From contig JAOZIF010000161.1 of NCBI GenBank assembly GCA_026014495.1, positions 1-18,700 of the forward strand: a DNA stretch of 18,700 bases, in the 5' to 3' direction. This document shows, piece after piece, positions 16,426 to 18,700 of this stretch. The stretch's first letter is position 1. The number at the start of each line of letters is the position of its first letter. A program made the translations under genes and the position numbers. The DNA is from Candidatus Bathyarchaeum sp. (GTDB lineage: Archaea > Thermoproteota > Bathyarchaeia > Bathyarchaeales > Bathyarchaeaceae). Under the pieces are notes generated by a model, which was not told where the DNA came from, did no database searches, and saw only the letters and a program-made list of their open reading frames with translations.

Positions 16426-16572
16426 TTATTTGTCGGCGAATTTGCTTCTGTTTCTTTTGAATTTCTTTTTGCATTTTACGCTGCAGAAGTAGTATTTTTC
16501 TCCGTCGTGGGTTATCTTGTATTTGGCTGTTTTTTCGTTTAGTATTACTCCGCATACTGGGTCTCTAGGCAT
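16426..16572 (-). CDS. YHS/TRASH-domain small metal-binding protein (48 aa, absent from the ORF track)
   Basis: Hand translation: MPRDPVCGVILNEKTAKYKITHDGEKYYFCSVKCKKKFKRNRSKFADK, with DPVCG and YYFCS..C...F motifs. Confidence 0.88.
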   Translation of the reverse strand: MPRDPVCGVILNEKTAKYKITHDGEKYYFCSVKCKKKFKRNRSKFADK

Positions 16573-16772
16573 TAGTTTTCCTTCACTGACCAAATGTAAA
16601 CGGCATTAGATAAGCTCTTTGCACGTTATTCGTTTATTTTACACAATTTTAGGGAAAAATTGCTGTTTGGGGGACTAAGTGGTGCGTTTTCAGGTAATAT
16701 TTAATAGCTGCTCTTGTTATCGAGAAGTTGTGTTATGCACCAATTTGTTTGCTGTTTAGGGAGGAAATGTTG

Positions 16773-16961
16773 ATGGCGGATGTTAAAGTTGGAGATAAAA
16801 TGAAGATTCCAGTTCACAGTGTTTTTCATCAAGAAGCTGGACATGTAGGTAAGGTTGTGTACATCAGCGAAGACGGCGAAACCGTAACCGTCAAATGTGA
16901 CCGCAAACACGGCGGCAAAACAGTCGCATTCAACATCGCGCTTGTACCAAGAGACCTATAA
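16773..16961 (+). CDS. 62-aa beta-rich protein, possibly SH3/KOW-like
   Basis: GGAGG SD before ATG 16773; MADVKVGDKMKIP...GKVVYISEDGETVTVKC. Confidence 0.65.
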   Translation: MADVKVGDKMKIPVHSVFHQEAGHVGKVVYISEDGETVTVKCDRKHGGKTVAFNIALVPRDL

Positions 16962-16992
16962 CCCGCACCTTTTCAGGTGTGCTTAAGGCAGT

Positions 16993-17046
16993 TTTTCAGA
17001 AAAAAGCTAGTTTTCAACAATGTACCTCTATTAGTCTCCTAATATG
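16993..17046. repeat. Dispersed intergenic repeat, copy 2
   Basis: TTTTCAGAAAAAAGCTA followed by the core 17010-17046 GTTTTCAACAATGTACCTCTATTAGTCTCCTAATATG. Confidence 0.9.
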
Positions 17047-17068
17047 CTTGTTTTGTCTTTTTTTTGGG

Positions 17069-17632
17069 TTAGTGTTGGTGTTCTATGATTCCGTATTCTC
17101 CAGTGACTGAGTCCTGAAACAGTTCTATGTGGGGTGGGTAGAACGTGAAGACAACAAATAAGACCGCCAAAACAGCCAAAGCGATTAATGAAAGCCATTC
17201 TGTCCTTTTTGGAAGCTGTTTGTAGGTTAATATTTTGTAGCTTAGAACTTGTCCAATTATTACTGCTATGATGAAGCTTAGGATGTCTATTGCAAAGATG
17301 CTTTCTCCTGTAATGCTGGTGTAGCCGTAGAATATGGCTGGTATGACAAGGATTATCGAGTATGCTGCTGCGGTTTTTGCTAAAAAGAAGTTGTTTGTCT
17401 GCTTTTTTATGAGAAAATATTCGATTATTGTGTACAGTATGATTGGCCAGACGCCTAGTTTGAGGTGTTCCCATACGCTTTCGTTTACGGCAGAGAATGC
17501 GCCAACTATTGGGTTATAGCCAGACCATTCAAAAGTAAAATGAAGTGCTCCTCCAAGAAGAGAAACAAAAAGCATTCCAAACAGTTCATAACGTAGTATG
17601 ATCCCTTTTTGGGTTGCAGCCATAAAAATCAC
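17069..17632 (-). CDS. DUF6512-like membrane protein
   Basis: GGALHFTFEWSG...GAFSAVNESVWEHLKL motif and about 5 TM segments; family name from memory. Start is GTG 17632 or ATG 17623. Confidence 0.65.
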   Translation of the reverse strand: MIFMAATQKGIILRYELFGMLFVSLLGGALHFTFEWSGYNPIVGAFSAVNESVWEHLKLGVWPIILYTIIEYFLIKKQTNNFFLAKTAAAYSIILVIPAIFYGYTSITGESIFAIDILSFIIAVIIGQVLSYKILTYKQLPKRTEWLSLIALAVLAVLFVVFTFYPPHIELFQDSVTGEYGIIEHQH

Positions 17633-17678
17633 TAACTACTATTATAGTCGAAAAACGGATTTAAGGTTTCACAACAAA

Positions 17679-17731
17679 TTTCAGAAAAAACCATGTTTTC
17701 AACAATGTTCTGCTATTAGTTTCCTAATATG
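17679..17731. repeat. Dispersed intergenic repeat, copy 3
   Basis: TTTCAGAAAAAACCAT followed by the core 17695-17731 GTTTTCAACAATGTTCTGCTATTAGTTTCCTAATATG. Confidence 0.9.
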
Positions 17732-17732
17732 T

Positions 17733-18398
17733 TTAGTTTGTTTTTGTTCTTGCTTGTGTTATTAGGTCTGTTAGTGCTGCGAAGGCTTTGCTTACGTCTT
17801 CCATTGCTAGTATGATTATTGTTTCTGTGTAGCAGCTCATTGTTTCTTCTATGTTGATGTGGCGTCTTGAGATTGCATTGTAGAAGGCTTGTACACACCC
17901 GGGCGTAGAGGTTATCTGGTCTGGGCTGCGGATGATTATTGTTGCCAGATTCTGTTTTTGGTCTATGACATCTTTTTTGGTGAATATGGCGCTGATTTTG
18001 TTGAATGAATTCAGGTCAGAAATCAGGGTAACTATGCTGTTTCCTTCTATTACTTGAAGAAAGTCGCCTGAGAATGTGGCTAAGGTTTTTCGTATTTTTT
18101 CTTGAGTTTCTTTGGTTTTTTCGACAGAAACTTTTGCCATATCTGTTCTGATGTTTAAGCCGCTTTGTGCAACGACTCGTGTTATTTTTCCTTGCAGGAT
18201 TGTGTAGTTTGTTTTGGCGCGTTTTACTGCGGTTATTATGCTTTCGAGGTTGACTGTGCTGTCGGATGTTTCTTTTATTTTTGGTGTTAGCATTCTGGCT
18301 ATGGCGCTGTAGTTTGCGTAGTCTCTTTGCAGGGCATCCTGTAGGGAGAGGTCTTCGTCTATGAGGTTTTGGACGGTTTTCGAGATAGAATTGACCAT
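17733..18398 (-). CDS. Archaeal ACT-domain protein with N-terminal helical/HTH-like region, putative amino-acid-responsive regulator
   Basis: N-terminal LQDALQRDYANYSAIARML...ESIITAVKR and C-terminal ACT-like TPGCVQAFYNAISRRHINIEETMSCYTETIIIL. Confidence 0.72.
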   Translation of the reverse strand: MVNSISKTVQNLIDEDLSLQDALQRDYANYSAIARMLTPKIKETSDSTVNLESIITAVKRAKTNYTILQGKITRVVAQSGLNIRTDMAKVSVEKTKETQEKIRKTLATFSGDFLQVIEGNSIVTLISDLNSFNKISAIFTKKDVIDQKQNLATIIIRSPDQITSTPGCVQAFYNAISRRHINIEETMSCYTETIIILAMEDVSKAFAALTDLITQARTKTN

Positions 18399-18440
18399 TT
18401 TTGGTCACATTTGCCCGTTTTACAGTAATATTGACCAAAA
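18392..18440. promoter_or_regulatory. Palindromic operator candidate in the ACT/argG divergent region
   Basis: TGACCA-TTTT-TGGTCA at 18392-18407, with a third TGACCA at 18432-18437. Confidence 0.4.
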
Positions 18441-18442
18441 TC

Positions 18443-18449
18443 TATATAA
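18443..18449 (+). promoter_or_regulatory. TATA box for argG
   Basis: TATATAA preceded by the A-rich CCAAAA, about 40 nt upstream of ATG 18488. Confidence 0.55.
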
Positions 18450-18487
18450 GTGTTTCTGGAATTAACAACCTGAAACTGGGAACCACA

Positions 18488-18700
18488 ATGAAAGACACGG
18501 TAATATTAGCTTACAGTGGCGGACTAGACACGTCTGTACTCATAAAATGGCTACAAGAAGAAAACAACGTAGACGTGATCACGTTCACCATGGAACTAGG
18601 ACAAAAAAGCAACCTAGAAAAAGTATCAGAAAAAGCCCAAGCTCTAGGCGTAAAGAAACACTACTCCGTAGACGGCACAAAAGAATTCATAACAAAATAT
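18488..18700 (+). CDS. argG: Argininosuccinate synthase, 3'-truncated by the window edge (absent from the ORF track)
   Basis: Hand translation: MKDTVILAYSGGLDTSVLIKWLQEENNVDVITFTMELGQ, containing the canonical LAYSGGLDTS PP-loop. Confidence 0.95.
   Translation, partial: MKDTVILAYSGGLDTSVLIKWLQEENNVDVITFTMELGQKSNLEKVSEKAQALGVKKHYSVDGTKEFITKY

Noticed and set aside
3634-17731. The 37-bp repeat core as a CRISPR repeat (length, internal hairpin, minus-strand end TTGAAAAC)
   Set aside because: The copies are 648 bp and 13 kb apart with no 30-45-nt spacers. Conservation extends about 15 nt beyond the core, and no cas gene or leader is present.
15894-18400. tRNA-anchored integrated element or prophage
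   Set aside because: No integrase, no duplicated tRNA 3' fragment (att site) and no viral or plasmid hallmark genes are seen.

Overview
Archaeal core-genome window. Gene content and order suggest the TACK group, most likely Bathyarchaeia (inference, not a database result). It opens with the conserved cluster priS-gins51-[inserted Lrp/AsnC-like regulator]-rpl44e-rps27e-eIF2alpha-nop10-PAC2. Next come an STT3/AglB with eukaryote-type motifs, tiny Zn-ribbon ORFs, topA, an OSTC/DC2-like membrane protein, carS and radB. These are followed by an RNase H-fold protein overlapping a Clp1/Grc3 kinase, a PAC4-like protein, an FAD oxidoreductase and tRNA-Pro(CGG). The end holds a small accessory patch (membrane protein, YHS protein, SH3-like protein, DUF6512-like protein), an ACT-domain regulator and the 5' part of argG. 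Several real genes are absent from the ORF track: nop10, the YHS protein, a 40-aa Zn ribbon, argG and the tRNA. Two signals stand out. (1) A dispersed ~52-bp intergenic repeat with a 37-bp core and a TATTAG-GNRA-CTAATA hairpin occurs in three same-orientation copies, two of which bracket one gene like a cassette. (2) Two proteins resemble eukaryotic accessory subunits by eye: OSTC/DC2 of the oligosaccharyltransferase and proteasome assembly chaperone PAC4. All homology calls come from motif recognition without searches.
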